Shown piece after piece: positions 43,538 through 61,079 of a DNA stretch of 64,000 bases. Source of the stretch: the human T2T-CHM13v2.0 reference genome, Homo sapiens; assembly GCF_009914755.1 (NCBI RefSeq), contig NC_060936.1. The stretch is one strand, 5' to 3'. Position numbers and translations under genes: made by a program. Within the stretch, counting starts at the first letter, position 1, and each line of letters starts with the position of its first letter. Under the pieces are notes generated by a model, which did no database searches, was not told the DNA's origin, and worked only from the letters and a program-made list of their open reading frames with translations.

Positions 43538-43657
43538 CTGTTAAAAAAGAAAGAATGAATGAATGAATTCTGTCATCCTTCCTCTGCTGACCAGAATAGT
43601 AAGTCTCCCACCAGCTAGGGTGGAATGAATGGGATGCAGGGATCTCTGAGAAGGTAG

Positions 43658-44093
43658 TGTTAAAAGAAAAACTTTGGCCGAATTAAATTTAAAGGAGTTT
43701 AATTGAGTAATGAATGATTTGTGGATCGGGCAGCCCCCAGAATCACAGCAGAGTCAGAGACTCCAGGGATATCTCATGGTTAGAACAAATTTATAGACAA
43801 AAAAGGGAAGTGAAGTACAGAAATCTCAGGTGAGGTACAGAAACAGCTGGATTGGTTACAGCTCGGCATTTGCCTTATTTGAACACAGTTTGAGCACTCA
43901 GCAGTGTATGAGTGGTTGAGGTACGGCTGCTGGGATTAGGCCAAGATTCAGCTATTGTTACAGGGCATACTTCTACGTTAGGGTTTTAATTTTGTCTACC
44001 TATTAAGTTAGGTTGCAGTTCGTTCACAAGGACTCAAATATAGAAGTATGGAGTATGGAGTCCTTCTCAGGCCATGTTTAGTTTGCTTTAACA
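43658..44093 (-). mobile_element. MER57-type ERV1 solo LTR
   Basis: TGTTAA...TTAACA termini; 4-bp TSD GTAG (43654-43657, 44094-44097); minus strand begins TGTTAAAGCAAACTAAACATGGCCTGAGAAGGACTCC. Confidence 0.8.
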
Positions 44094-44652
44094 GTAGAAT
44101 GCAGATAGCCTTGCCTCCACATCTCCTGGGTAGAAGTCACAGCTCCTCTGTCTGTTTCCCACAGCACCGACATAGCTCTTACTGCTTCATGAGGAATGAG
44201 TTGATAAAATAAGGAGGTCTTTACCAAAATAGTAGGATAAAATTTTGAGATATTAATATGTTTCTTCTCACCATTATACATATACCACCATTACCCTTAC
44301 ACCACCATTTCAACAGCAACAGATACAGCCACTACCCTTAGGGAGAGCCTCTGCCCAGATTAGAGAGTCTTAAAAAAGAAAGTCAAAGATAATAAAAAGT
44401 GCTGGAGAGCATGTGGAGAAATTGGACCCAAATTCACTCCTAGAAGGAATGTTTAAGTGGGGCAGTCACTTTGGAAAACAATCTGGCAGTTCCTTAAAAA
44501 GTTGAACACAGAATTGCCACATGACCTAGAAATTCTACTGCTAGGATATACCAAAGAGAAATGAAAGCATAGGGGCTCACAAAAAACGTGTACATGAATA
44601 TTTAGAGCAGTATTATTTTTAATAGCCAAAAAATAGAGACAACCTAGATATC

Positions 44653-45016
44653 TGATATGGTTTGGCTGTGTCCTCATCCAAATCTCATCTTGAATTGTAG
44701 CTCCTATAATTCCCATGTGTCATGGGAGGGACTCAATGGAAAGTAATTGAATCGTGTTGAGGGGTTCTTTCTTGTGCTGTTCTCGTGATAGTGAATAAGT
44801 CTCATGAGATCTGATGGTTTTATAAAGGGGAGTTCCCCTGCACACACTCTCTTGCCTGCCACCATATAAGACGTGACTTTCCTCCTCTTTCACTTTCCAC
44901 CATAATTATGAGGCCTCCCCAACCATATGGAACTGTGAATCCATTAAATCTCTTTCATTTATAAATTAGCCAGCCTGGGTATGTCTTTATTAGCAGCATG
45001 AGAACAGATTAATACA
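44653..45016 (+). mobile_element. THE1 (MaLR) solo LTR inside an L1M 3' end (~44380-45365)
   Basis: TGATATGGTTTGGCTGTGTCC...TAATACA; 5-bp TSD ATATC. Confidence 0.88.
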
Positions 45017-45408
45017 ATATCCATCAACTGATTAACGATAAACAAAATGCAGTATATCCATACAAGGAACTCTTATTTGCCCAGAGAAAGGAATGAAGTA
45101 CAATATATGCTACAACATGGATGAACATTGGAAACATGTTAAGTAAAAGAAGCCAGTAACAAAGGACCACACATTATATGATTCCATTTATATAAAATAT
45201 CCAGAATAGGCATATTCATGGAGATAGAAAGTAGGTGAGTAGTTGCTTGGGGCTGGAGGGTGGATGGGGCCTAGGGGTTGATGGCTGAGGGGTGCAGGTT
45301 TCTTTTTGAATTAGTGAAAATGTTCTAAAATTGGCTGTAGTGATGGTTGCACATAATTGTTCTACACTAAATAAAAAATGAAGGCTGGCCATTAAAAAAG
45401 CAAAAGAG

Positions 45409-45742
<334 letters not shown>

Positions 45743-45900
45743 GTCAGTTGAATTTCTGCATGGACTTCCTGTTTTTATTTATAACATTTGATATGACAAA
45801 AAAACTTTCTCTCTCTTTATTTCTTTATTTCTTACTTTCTAACTCTTGGGATGTGGCAGGATGGAAATCTTGACTTTCAAAACCAATAGTCAAGGTCAAG

Positions 45901-46285
45901 TGTAATTGTCTATTTTCACACTGCTATAAAGAACTTCTCTGAGACTCGGTAGTTTACAAAGGAAAGAGGTTTAATTGACTCACAGTTCTGCATAGCTGGG
46001 AAGACCTCGGGAAACTTACAATCATGGTAGAAGGCTAAGGGGAAGCAAGCACCTTCTTCACAAGGTGGCAGGAGAGAGAAGCATGAAGGAAGAACTTCCA
46101 AACATGTATAAAACCATCAGATCTTGTGAGATCTCACTCACTATCACAAGAGCATGGGGGAAAACGCCCCCATGATCCAATCACCTCTCTCCCTCAACAC
46201 ATGGGGATTACGGGTCCCTCCTTTGACATGTGGGGTTTATAATTTGAGATGAGATTTGGGTAGGGACACAGAGCCAAACCATATA
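45901..46285 (-). mobile_element. THE1D/MSTA-type MaLR LTR
   Basis: AAAGGAAAGAGGTTTAATTGACTCACAGTTC...GGGACACAGAGCCAAACCATA. Confidence 0.8.
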
Positions 46286-47430
46286 ACTAAGAATACTGGG
46301 AGCCTGGAGTTGACACCTTAAATCAGAGATAGGAAGAGGATTCCTGAAGACACATTCCCCAACTCTTACCCCACATCCCATGTCCACCTCAACCTTACAA
46401 AAAGACTCCACATCCTCCCAGCAAGCAGAGGGCCTGTGAAGAAACTCAATGATTCTTGCCCCAAATCACTAGAATCATTTTGGCTCCACCCACCTCCAGA
46501 TATTCTGACTTAATTTGTCAAGGAAACATCAGCACTGGAATATTTTGAGAGTCCCCCAGGTGGCTGTAATGTACATCCAGGACTAAGAGCTAGTGGACCA
46601 AAGTTTAAGGAATTAATGGACTGGAGCTTAAAGTCTACCTGAGAAGCAGCCATTTGCCCAAAGATTCAGTGTAGAAAGTGGGAGTGGCTGGGATTATAGA
46701 AACTCCAGACACATTTTTCTGTAAGTCATGAGTTAGAGAGAAAGAAAATTGCAGAGTGGAAGTCTTGGGTTCAACACAGAGTACTCTGATCATCTCCTAT
46801 TCACCCTGATGGTGATGGAGTGAATCCCCCATCCTAAATACTACGAGATAGCTGAACACATGATACCCAACACTGGACATATGAGACTGAAAGCAGTTTA
46901 TAAGTCATATATACTCATAGCCTGGGGGAGGAGAATGCTGCCTGCAATGCAGTGCCACATGGGAATTGCACTCAGGAGCACAGTGAATCACCAGTGGTGG
47001 GAGGAAACTTTGTAGTAACAAAAGGCTGAGGTGTCCCCTGGTCCCCACAGGAGGATGTGATTGACTTGTTTGAATAATTTCATGGCTGACAGTGCAGTGA
47101 AACCCATTAGGTTGAAGACCAGGTGGAATGCAGCTGGTCCAATTGATAGAGGAACTAGCCAGGCAGGGAGAGTTTCCTGCTAGGTGGACGTCATATTTGG
47201 CAAGAGCAAGAGGATTTATGGTTAGGCTTTTGGGGCCCTGTGAGGCTGAAATATGTCAAGGCAGCACATAAAATTTTAGGCCTTAAAAACATGAAGTAGA
47301 AACAGCTGAGGGTGGGTCCAGGCAGCTAGACTCTGGGACAGCAGAAGTGTAGACGAGCAAAGCCAACAGGCTGAAGACCAGGAGGTAGCCACAGAGATTG
47401 AGGACTCAAAAGGACCTGGGGCCAGGTGCC

Positions 47431-47901
47431 TGTGATGGTTAATTGTGTGCGTCAACTTGACTGGGCCATGGGTTCCCAGATTAAATGTTATTTCTGGTTG
47501 TGTCTGTGAGGGTATTTCCAGGTGAGATTAGCATTTGAATTGGTGGGCTCAGTAAAGTAGACTGCCCTCATCCATGTGGGTGAGTCTCATCCAATCTCTT
47601 GAGGGTCTGAGTAGAAAAGGCTGAGGAATTAGGAAGTAACCCCTTCTTTTCTGCCTCACTGCTTGAACTGGGACATCTCATCTCATCTTCTCCTATGCTG
47701 AGACTGGAACTCACACCATCAGTTCCCCTGCTTCTCAGGCTTTCTGAGTCTGACTGAATTACATCACCAGCTCTCCTGGGTCTCCAGCGTATAGATGGCA
47801 AATCATGGGACTTCTCAGCCTCCATAATTATATGAGCCAATTACTCATAGTAAATCTCCTTCTTATTGGTTCTGTTTTTCTGGAGAGTTCTGCCTAATAC
47901 A
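47431..47901 (+). mobile_element. MLT2 (ERVL) LTR
   Basis: TGTGATGGTTAATTGTGTGCGTCAACTTGACTGGGCC...CTAATACA. Confidence 0.8.
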
Positions 47902-48330
47902 GTGGTGTTTACAGAGTCCATGGACCTATGCCTTATATACCATCACTCCCAGGCCAGGGCTGGACCCCAGACATCCCAATATGGAGCCACTGTTGTCCTC
48001 CAGGGGATGAGTAATTGGTGGGCTGGACACCTCTTCCCCAATCAGCCTTCTCTTCTCCCAAGAGAAACTCTACAAACTTAGATTCTGCCCTATCCCAAGT
48101 GTCTTTTTTTTTAAAATTTATTATTATTATACTTTAAGTTTTAGGGTACATGTGCACAATGTGCAGGTTAGTTACATATGTATACATGTGCCATGCTGGT
48201 GTGCTGCACCCACTAACTCGTCATCTAGCATTAGGTATATCTCCCAATGCTATCCCTCCCCACTCCCCCCACTCCACAACAGTCCCCAGAGTGTGATGTT
48301 CCCCTTCCTGTGTCCATGTGTTCTCATTGT

Positions 48331-52151
<3,821 letters not shown>

Positions 52152-52214
52152 TATGATGTTAGCTGGTTATTTTGCTCGTTAGTTCATGCAGTTTCTTCCT
52201 AGTCTTGATGGTCT

Positions 52215-53231
52215 TTACATTTTGGCATGATTTTGCAGTGGCTGGTATTGGTTGTTCCTTTCCATGTTTAGCACTTCCTTCAGGAGCTCTTGTAGGGCAG
52301 GCCTGGTGGTAACAAAATCGCTCAGCATTTGCTTGTCTGTAAAGTATTTTATTTCTCCTTCACTTACGAAGCTTAGTTTGGCTGGATATGAAATTCTGGG
52401 TTGAAAATTCTTTTCTTTAAGAATGTTGAATATTGGCCCCCACTCTCTTCTGGCTTGTAGGGTTTCTGCCGAGAGATCCACTGTTAGTCTGATGGGCTTC
52501 CCTTTGTGGGTAACCCGACCTTTCTCTCTGGCTGCCCTTAACATTTTTTTCTTCATTTCAACTTTGGTGAATCTGACAATTATGTGTCTTGGAGTTGCTC
52601 TTCTCGAGGAGTATCTTTGTGGCGTTCTCTGTATTTCCTGAATCTGAATGTTGGCCTGCCTTGCTAGATTGGGGAAGTTCTCCTGGATAATATCCTGCAG
52701 AGTGTTTTCCAACTTGGTTCCATTCTCCGCATCACTTTCAGGTACACCAATCAGACGTAGATTTGGTCTTTTCACATAGTCCCATATTTCTTGGAGGCTT
52801 TGCTCGTTTCTTTTTGTTCTTTTTTCTCTAAACTTCCCTTCTCGCTTCATTTCATTCACTTCATCTTCCATCGCTGATACCCTTTCTTCCAGTTGATCGC
52901 ATCAGCTCCTGAGGCTTCTGCATTCTTCACGTAGTTCTTGAGCCTTGGTTTTCAACTCCATCAGCTCCTTTAAGCACTTCTCTGTATTGGTTATTCTAGT
53001 TATACATTCTTCTAAACTTTTTTCAAAGTTTTCAACTTCTTTGCCTTTGGTTTGAATTTCCTCCCGTAGCTCGGAGTAATTTGATCATCTGAAGCCTTCT
53101 TCTCTCAGCTCGTCAAAGTCATTATCCGTCCAGCTTTGTTCCGTTGCTGGTGAGGAACTGCGTTCCTTTGGAGGAGGAGAGGCGCTCTGCTTTTTAGAGT
53201 TTCCAGTTTTTCTGTTCTGTTTTTTCCCCAT
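52215..53231 (-). pseudogene. L1 ORF1p, disrupted by a nonsense codon (CGA>TGA, codon 110, 52902-52904)
   Basis: ATGGGGAAAAAAC at 53231; 1017-nt span; the C-terminal 218 aa are open (ORF 52215..52871). Confidence 0.9.
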
Positions 53232-53686
53232 CTTTGTGGTTGTATCTACTTTTGGTCTTTGATGATGGTGATGTACAGATGGGTTTTTGCTGTGGATGTC
53301 TTTTCTGTTTGTTAGTTTTCCTTCTAACAGACAGGACCCTCAGCTGCAGGTCTGTTGGAGTACCCGGCCGTGTGAGGTGTCAGTGTGCCCCTGCTGGGGG
53401 GTGACTCCCAGTTAGGCTGCTCGGGGGTCAGGGGTCAGGGACCCACTCGAGGAGGCAGTCTGCCCGTTCTCAGATCTCCAGCTGCCTGCTGGGAGAACCA
53501 CTGCTCTCTTCAAAGCTGTCAGACAGGGACATTTAAGTCTGCAGAGGTTACTGCTGTCTTTTTGTTTGTCTGTGCCCTGCCCCCAGAGGTGGAGCCTACA
53601 GAGGCAGGCAGGCCTCCTTGAGCTGTGGTGGGCTCCACCCAGTTCGAGCTTCCCGGCTGCTTTGTTTACCTAAGCAAGCCTGGGCA

Positions 53687-53869
53687 ATGGCGGGCACCCC
53701 TACCCCAGCCTCACTGCCACCTTGCAGTTTGATCTCAGACTGCCGTGCTAGCAATCAGCGAGACTCTGTGGGCGTAGGACCCTCTGAGCCAGGTGCGGGA
53801 TATAATCTCCTGGTGCGCTGTTTTTTAAGCCCATGGGAAAAGCGCAGTATTCGGGTGGGAGTGACCTGA
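53687..53869 (+). pseudogene. L1 ORF0 in the antisense-promoter region, truncated to 60 aa
   Basis: MAGTPTPASLPPCSLISDCRASNQRDSVGVGPSEPG...IRVGVT* resembles primate ORF0 (normally 71 aa); premature TGA; donor-like CAG|GTGCGG at 53793. Confidence 0.8.
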
Positions 53870-54299
53870 TTTTCGAGGTGCCATCTGTCACCCCTTTCTT
53901 TGACTAGGAAAGGGAACTCCCTGACCCCTTGCACTTCCCGAGTGAGGCAATGCCTCGCCCTGCTTCGGCTCATGCACTGTGCATGCACCCACTGACCTGC
54001 GCCCACTGTCTGGCACTCCCTAGTGAGATGAACCCGGTACCTCAGATGGAAATGCAGAAATCACCCGTCTTCTGCGTTGCTCACGCTGGGAGCTGTAGAC
54101 GGGAGCTGTTCCTATTCGGCCATCTTGGCTCCTCCCCCGCAAGTGTCTTAAAATCTTTAATGCCTGAGTTAAAATCTCTACTGACCAAGGTTAACTGTCT
54201 TGGAATTGACAAGATGATATTTTTGTCCCTCCAAGTTCAAAGCTGAGTTTATTTCAGTTTACAGAGAAATAGAAGAAAACTAAATTTCTGAACACCAAG

Positions 54300-56062
54300 T
54301 ATATTAGTTTCCTCTTGTTTCCATAATAAGATATCACAAAATTGGTAGTTTAAAACAACAGAAATGTATTCTCTCCATTCTGGAGGTCAGATATCTGAAA
54401 TCAAGGTGATGGCAGAGCCATGCTCTCTTGGTGAAGCCTCTAGGGGAGAATCCTTCCACAGTTCTAGCTTCTGATGGCTCTAGACATTCATTGGCTGGAT
54501 AATTCCAACCTCTGCCTCCAACTTCACATGGCCTTCTCCTTTTCTTTCTTTTATAAGGACACTTATCATTGAATTTAGGGCCCACCCTAAATTCAGGGTG
54601 GTCTCATCTTGAGATCCTTATCTTAATTACATTTGCAAAGATCCTTTTCCCAAATAAGGCCACATTCCCAGTTTCCAGAGGTTAGAATAGGAAGGCCAAC
54701 CATTTGTGGAGGGCCACTATTCAACCCGCTACACCAAATTTCCTATATTATAAACTCACCACATGAACTAGTCCCTAGGCAACACTTCTCCCTGTATTTC
54801 TTTCCTAGTCACATAGGACTAGGGCTGCTGTAGCAGATTACCACAAACAGGGTGGCTTAAAACAACAGAAATGTAGTCTCTCACAGTTCTGGAGGCCACA
54901 AGTTCAAAATCAAGATGTTAGCAGTGTTGGTTCCTTCTGGAGGCTCTGAGGGGGAATCTATTCCATGACTTTAACCTAGCTTCTGGTAGTGAAATTCCTG
55001 GGATTCCTTGGATTGTAGATCCATCACTCCAATCTCTTCCTCCATTCTTCACATGACCTTCCCCTCTGTGTGTCTGTATCGCAAATCTTCCTTTCTGTTC
55101 TCTTATAAGGACACTAGTAATTGGATTTAGCCCTTGTCCTAAATCCAAGAAGATCTCATCTTGAGATCCTTACTTTAATTACTTTTGCAAAGATCCCCCT
55201 TTCCAAACAAGGTCACATTTTCAGGTTCTTGGTGGAAATATCTTTTGGAGTCTAAATTCAACCCCTTACAGCACTCCATACCTGCAATGTACATCAAATT
55301 CCACCATTAATCATGTCTTCTGCCTCAACACAGAGTCTCATTCTACCAGCTCTTTAGCAAACTGGACGCTAGGCTCAACCTCTCTCCAATACTCCATTTT
55401 AGCAATAAGGGGTCTGCTTAGATCTACAAATCAAATTCTAGTAGCTGAATCCTGGCTACTCTAAACTCTAAACTCTAGATCTCTTCCTTTTGTTACTATT
55501 ATATTCTTCTCTAAGCTGCCTTGCAAATCCCTGACATTACTAATTAACAACCTTGAGAGAAGGCTTTCTCTTCTCTGCCTCACTGTATTAGTTTCCTATT
55601 GCCGCTGTAACAAATTACCACAAACCTAGTGGTTTAAAACAATGCAAATTTATTTTCTTACACTTCTGGAGGCCAGAAGTCTGAAATGAGTCCTTTGAGC
55701 ATAAAATCAGGATGTTGATAGAGCTGTGTTCCTTCTGGAGGCTCCAGGTGAGAATCAGTTTCCTTTCTCTTTCCAGCTGTTAGAGGCTGCCTGCATTCTT
55801 TGGTTTGTGGTCTCTTCCTCCATCTTCAAAGTGCATCACTTTAGCCTCTACTTCCATTGTCACATCACCTTCTCGGTCTTTGAATAAAAGGACTCTTGGA
55901 TTATATTAGGCCCATTGGCTAATCCAGGATAACCTTCCCATATCAAGGTAATTAACTTAATCATATTTGCAAAGTCCCTTTTGCCATGTAAGGTAACGTA
56001 TTTACAGGTTCCAGGGATTAGAATGTGGACACATTTGGGGGGCCATTATTCTGTCTCACACA
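54300..56062 (-). mobile_element. Cluster of three co-oriented MLT1 LTRs (~54300-54733, ~54810-55270, ~55584-56062)
   Basis: Each has AAAACAA...TTCTGGAGG...AATTACATTTGCAAAG-type MLT1 motifs. Confidence 0.75.
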
Positions 56063-57189
56063 GTCTCACTCCTTTCCTAGACTTGCTCCTTACTGACACT
56101 CTATTTGTCTTGTCCTAATTCTTCTATTTATTCATTAATTCATTCATCCACTCATTCATTCATTCAACAAATACCAATGAAGCCTCAACTATGTGCCAGG
56201 TAGTGTTTTAAGCACTGATGTTACACTGGTGAACAAAACAAAGATGGCTGCTCTTGAAGATCTTATACTGAGGTGAAGTGGCAGGTTTGGAAATAGAAAG
56301 TATAAACATTAATATAATAAAGTAACTTTTATGTTTTAAAGTAATAAAGTTCTGTGGGAAAAATAAAGCAGAATATAGGAGGGCTGGGGTGAACAATTTT
56401 AAGTAGAGTGATCAGAATGGGTCTCATTGATCAAGTGGTATTTAAAGGAGTTGAGAGAACCAGTCAAGTGGATATCTGAGGAAGAGAGGTACTGGCTGTG
56501 GCAACAGCCAATGCAAAGGTCCTGAGGCAGGATCATCTCTTGTGTGTGTTCAAGAAAGGCTAGTGTAGCTGGAGTGAAATAAATGGGGTCGGGGGACTGT
56601 AGTAGCAAGGATAATTACTTAGTATCTTGTAGGCAGTCTTGAAGACTTTGGCAATGACCCTCAGTAAACCAGAGAAGTATTGGAGGGCTTTGAACAGAGA
56701 AGGAATGTGGTCTGACCTACTTAATACTTTGTAGTTGGATAAGAAGAGACCTGGAGTGGGGGAGTCAAGGATTGAGATCAGACTAGTTCAGGTAAGAGGT
56801 AATGGGCTCAGACCAGCATGGTAGGAGTAAAATGGTGAAAAGTGGTTGGGTTCTGAGTACATTCTGAAGGGAGAACCAACAGAATTCCCTAATAGATTGC
56901 ATATGAGGTATTTTCCCTCAAGCACTCATTTTTCCTTCCTTCTTTCCCTCCTTTCTTCCTTCCATTTGTTTCTTCATTTTTTGGTGTTGTTTCTGGACTT
57001 GATTTTGTTTTTTCTTAAATCATATTTGGAGTACATACCAATATTAAGTATCTTTTTAGAAATCATGGCTTTTACTGTCTCCAATCGTACTGATGTATTC
57101 ATATTTGAACCCCGAGCAGCTAGGTTAGTATATAAAAGGCACTAAAAAACTGCAGAATTGAAATAACTGCATAACATAATCTTAAAATA

Positions 57190-58470
57190 CATTAAAGTAG
57201 ATCTAAATTAATAGAGAGATGAGTCATGTTTGTGGATAGAGAGACATGATTTCATAAAAATGCCAATTCTCCACGAATGATCAATGGATTCACAGTAATA
57301 TAAGTACATAGTCCCATACGAGTTTCTCTAAATAAACTTGATAAGTAAATTCTAAAATTAGTAAGGAAAACCAAGAGACAAGAATAGTGAGAACCCTTCC
57401 CAAGAGGAACAGGATGGGGAGATTGCTCTGCTGTGTATCATTATGGAGCTACAGTAAAGGGAAAGACAAATTCACTAATGGACTAGAATGGAAATCTCAG
57501 GAACATATCCATACATGGGGAAAGGAGAGACTGTTCAAAAAATGAGTCGGAGAAAATGGTTATTCTCATGGAATAAAAGGAAATTGGATCTTTACCTCAC
57601 ACTCCATACAAAAATTAACTACAGATGAAATAAGGATAAAATTGTCCCCCAAAAACCTTTAAAACAAACAGTAGAACATATAGGTTTTATCATTTAGGCC
57701 TTTGCTAGGGAAAGATTTCTTAAAAACACAAAAAGTAGTAACTATACAAGAAAATATTGATAAATTCAGCTATATTAAGATTAAAGACTTTGTTCATCAA
57801 AAGACGCCATAAACAAATTGAAAGATAAATTAAAACTGGGAGAAAATATTTGTACTCCATAGAGATGACATAATTGGGATATACCACATCTACAAAACTG
57901 CAAATCAATATAAAGAGCACTAACAACCTAAAGAAAAATAGAAAAAAGACTGTATTAAATAAGCATTTAACAGAAGAAGAAACATTTATGGTCAATAAAC
58001 ATATGAAGAGTTGTTCAACTTCATTAGTTATCAGGGAAATGCAAATAAAGACCATAATTTCACCCATTTGATTGGCAAAGCATTAAAAAACTTGACAATG
58101 CCAAGTGTTTGGAGAGGATATAATTCCACAGGATCTCTAATACATTTCTTGTAGAGTTATGATTGGCACAACTACTTTGGAAAACACTTTGACATTATTA
58201 TCTGAAGTTGAATACTCAGCTAACGTCAGATTCAGCAATTCTATTCCTAGGTATACATGCAAAGAAACTTTCTTGTATACCAGGAGATGTGAACAAGAAT
58301 GTTTATTAGCAGCACCATTTAGTAGCAATAAGCTGAAAACAACCCAAATACCCAAAGAAGTGTCAACTGTAAACTATGGTACATTTGCATTTTGTGATAT
58401 TATACAGCAGTGAAAATGAATGATCTAAACCATACAACAGTATGAATGAATCTTAAAATATAATGTTGGC
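57190..58470 (+). mobile_element. Old L1M fragment (followed by a FLAM at ~58468-58585)
   Basis: Degenerate L1 ORF2 C-terminal motifs (ORF 57874: [19 protein letters not shown]). Confidence 0.75.
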
Positions 58471-59296
58471 TGGGCATGGTGGCTCACTCCTGTAATCCCA
58501 ATAGTTTGGGACACTGAAGTGGATCGCTTGAACCCGAGAATTCAAGACCAGCCTGGGCAACATGGCAAGACCTTGTCTATAAAAACAATTGTTTTTAAAA
58601 GATTAAAATAAATATATATGTATGTATATATATAATGTTAACTGAAAAATTTCTAAAATATGATAGTCAACAAGATATACTTTTTTAAAAGTTAAAACTA
58701 AAATGAAAAATATGCTCTTTAAGACTGCATATATACAGTATAAAACTATACATACAAATAAAATAGTGAAGAAAAATTCTAAACAGACTTCAACATGGTG
58801 CCTGGCTTAGGTGTTGAAAGCCAAGGGATAGGGTATGTAGTTATTGTCAGGTTGTAATTTCTTGTGAAGATCCTCGTCTTTGGGTTCTGATGGGTTCAAA
58901 GGTTCATATTATGTTATTAATATATAATTGTATTAATCTTAAAAGAAGGCTATGGGTCTTAGGGAACTGGTACCAAATATGTCAAAACTCATGCTGCTTG
59001 TTGTTTTGTGAGTAATAAAGTCGTTTGTCTCTGACCCAAGAGTTTTGTATCTCTTGTCAACATCCAGGAAACTGTAGCAAGCTAACTTATGAGTTTGCAA
59101 GTAGAGGAAAATCTTAGCCCTGTCACAGTTCTTGACAAAGTAATATAAATCCTTTAATTAAAAAAGGCATCATCCAATCCATACTAGTCTAATATTCTGC
59201 ATTTTGTTTTTTTTGGTTAGCAATATACCTAGGAGTTCCTTTTATATCAGCAAATATATATTCACGACATCAAAAAAAAAAAAAACTAAATAACTA

Positions 59297-59575
59297 GGCT
59301 GGGTGTGGTGGCTCACACCTGTAGTCCCAGCACTTTGGGAGACCGAGGCGGGCGGATCACCTGAGGTCAGGAGTTGGAGACTAGCCTGGCCAGCATGGGG
59401 AAAACCCGTCTCTACTAAAAATACAAAAATTAGCCAGGCGTGGTGGGCACCTGTAATTCCAGCTACCCGGAAGGCTGAGGCACGAGAATTGCTTGAACCC
59501 CCAGGAGGCGGAGGTTGCAGTGAGCCGAGATGGTGCCACTGCACTTCAGCTTGGGTGACAGAGAAGCTGTCTGTC
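59297..59575 (+). mobile_element. AluS, A tail lost
   Basis: Dimeric Alu body. Confidence 0.88.
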
Positions 59576-60350
59576 TAGTATCCCATTATCCCATTCCCTG
59601 GTTGTATTATAGTTTACATAACCAACCCTTTCCAATGGACATTATGATTGATTCCAGTCTTTTGCTATTGTAAACAATGCTGCAATAAATATTCCTGTAC
59701 ACACATCTTTAATCACTTGTGCATACATATCTGTAGAATAAATTCCAAACATGGCTCCTTTTAAATGCTTTTTTAAAAAAAATGGTAGTGGAGCAGATAC
59801 TACTAGTGAACCCCCAATATCCATTCTTCCTTCTTCTATAGGAATAGAACCCTAAATGAACACTCAGAGTAGAGGCTATGTTTCTCAGCCTCCCTTGGAG
59901 GCAGGTCAGCGGAAGTGGTGAATGCAACTTCAGGGCATGTCCCCCCTTCCCCTTTTCTCCTGGCTGGCAGGAATATGGATGTAATCACTGGTGTGGAAGC
60001 AGCCGTCTTGGACCAAGAACATAGCCCAGGAACAGGCCAGAAGGAGTTGGGCCCCTGATGTGAACCTCCATATGGAATGCTTGTATCCAGACTTAACCTG
60101 AGAGAGAACAAACGTCTATCATGTTTAAGCCACAGTTGTTTTATATTTTCTGTCTCTTGCAGCCAAACTTTTACATTGTAAATACAAATAGTGTCAAATG
60201 TTCCTTTAAAGAGAATGCCTATAGAGAGCCTGAGTGCCTGTTACCTATTACAAACTCTTAGTGTTATCCAAATGTTAAATTTTTGTCAGATTTGTAAGAG
60301 AAAATTGTAATTCCTTATATACCAATAAATACTAATTCCTTGTATGCTCA

Positions 60351-60695
<345 letters not shown>

Positions 60696-61042
60696 TAGGC
60701 AGAAGGATAAGATGAGAAAGGGTGGGAAAGGAAAGAAGAGGGCAGATTTTCATAAAGTTTAGTTAGGTATGTCCTTGACTATGACAAATAATTGAGTTAC
60801 TTGTTTTCTGTCATGAGAGACTGGGGCAATCTGGCTAAATATGACAATTTAATGCACCCTCTGATTTGAAGATTTTTTTTTTGAATTAAAAAGTAGAACA
60901 GAATCTTCTCTGCAGGTAGTTTATAAACTCATTACATTTTATATTTATGGTGTAACATTCTCCTTTTCTTATGCTCACAATCTGTTATGGAGCCTAACAC
61001 TGCCAGGCCCAAACAAGAATATATTGATTGATTTCTTTTTAC

Positions 61043-61079
61043 CTCCAGAATTCAGTGTTGGCAATAAATTTGAGGACAT
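61043..61079 (-). CDS. CCDC38: CCDC38 first coding exon (exon 2; exon spans 61043-61093 with 14 nt of 5'UTR), MSSNLLPTLNSG
   Basis: Minus strand ...ttcaacAG|ggccaggcaagaaaATGTCCTCAAAT...GGAG|GTaaaa; 37 coding nt; matches the recalled N-terminus of human CCDC38; preceded by an acceptor, so an upstream non-coding exon lies outside the window. Confidence 0.88.

Noticed and set aside
54300-56062. Three MLT1 LTRs as a provirus or recent tandem duplication
   Set aside because: Copies are clearly diverged from one another and no internal MaLR sequence was recognised; probably independent old insertions
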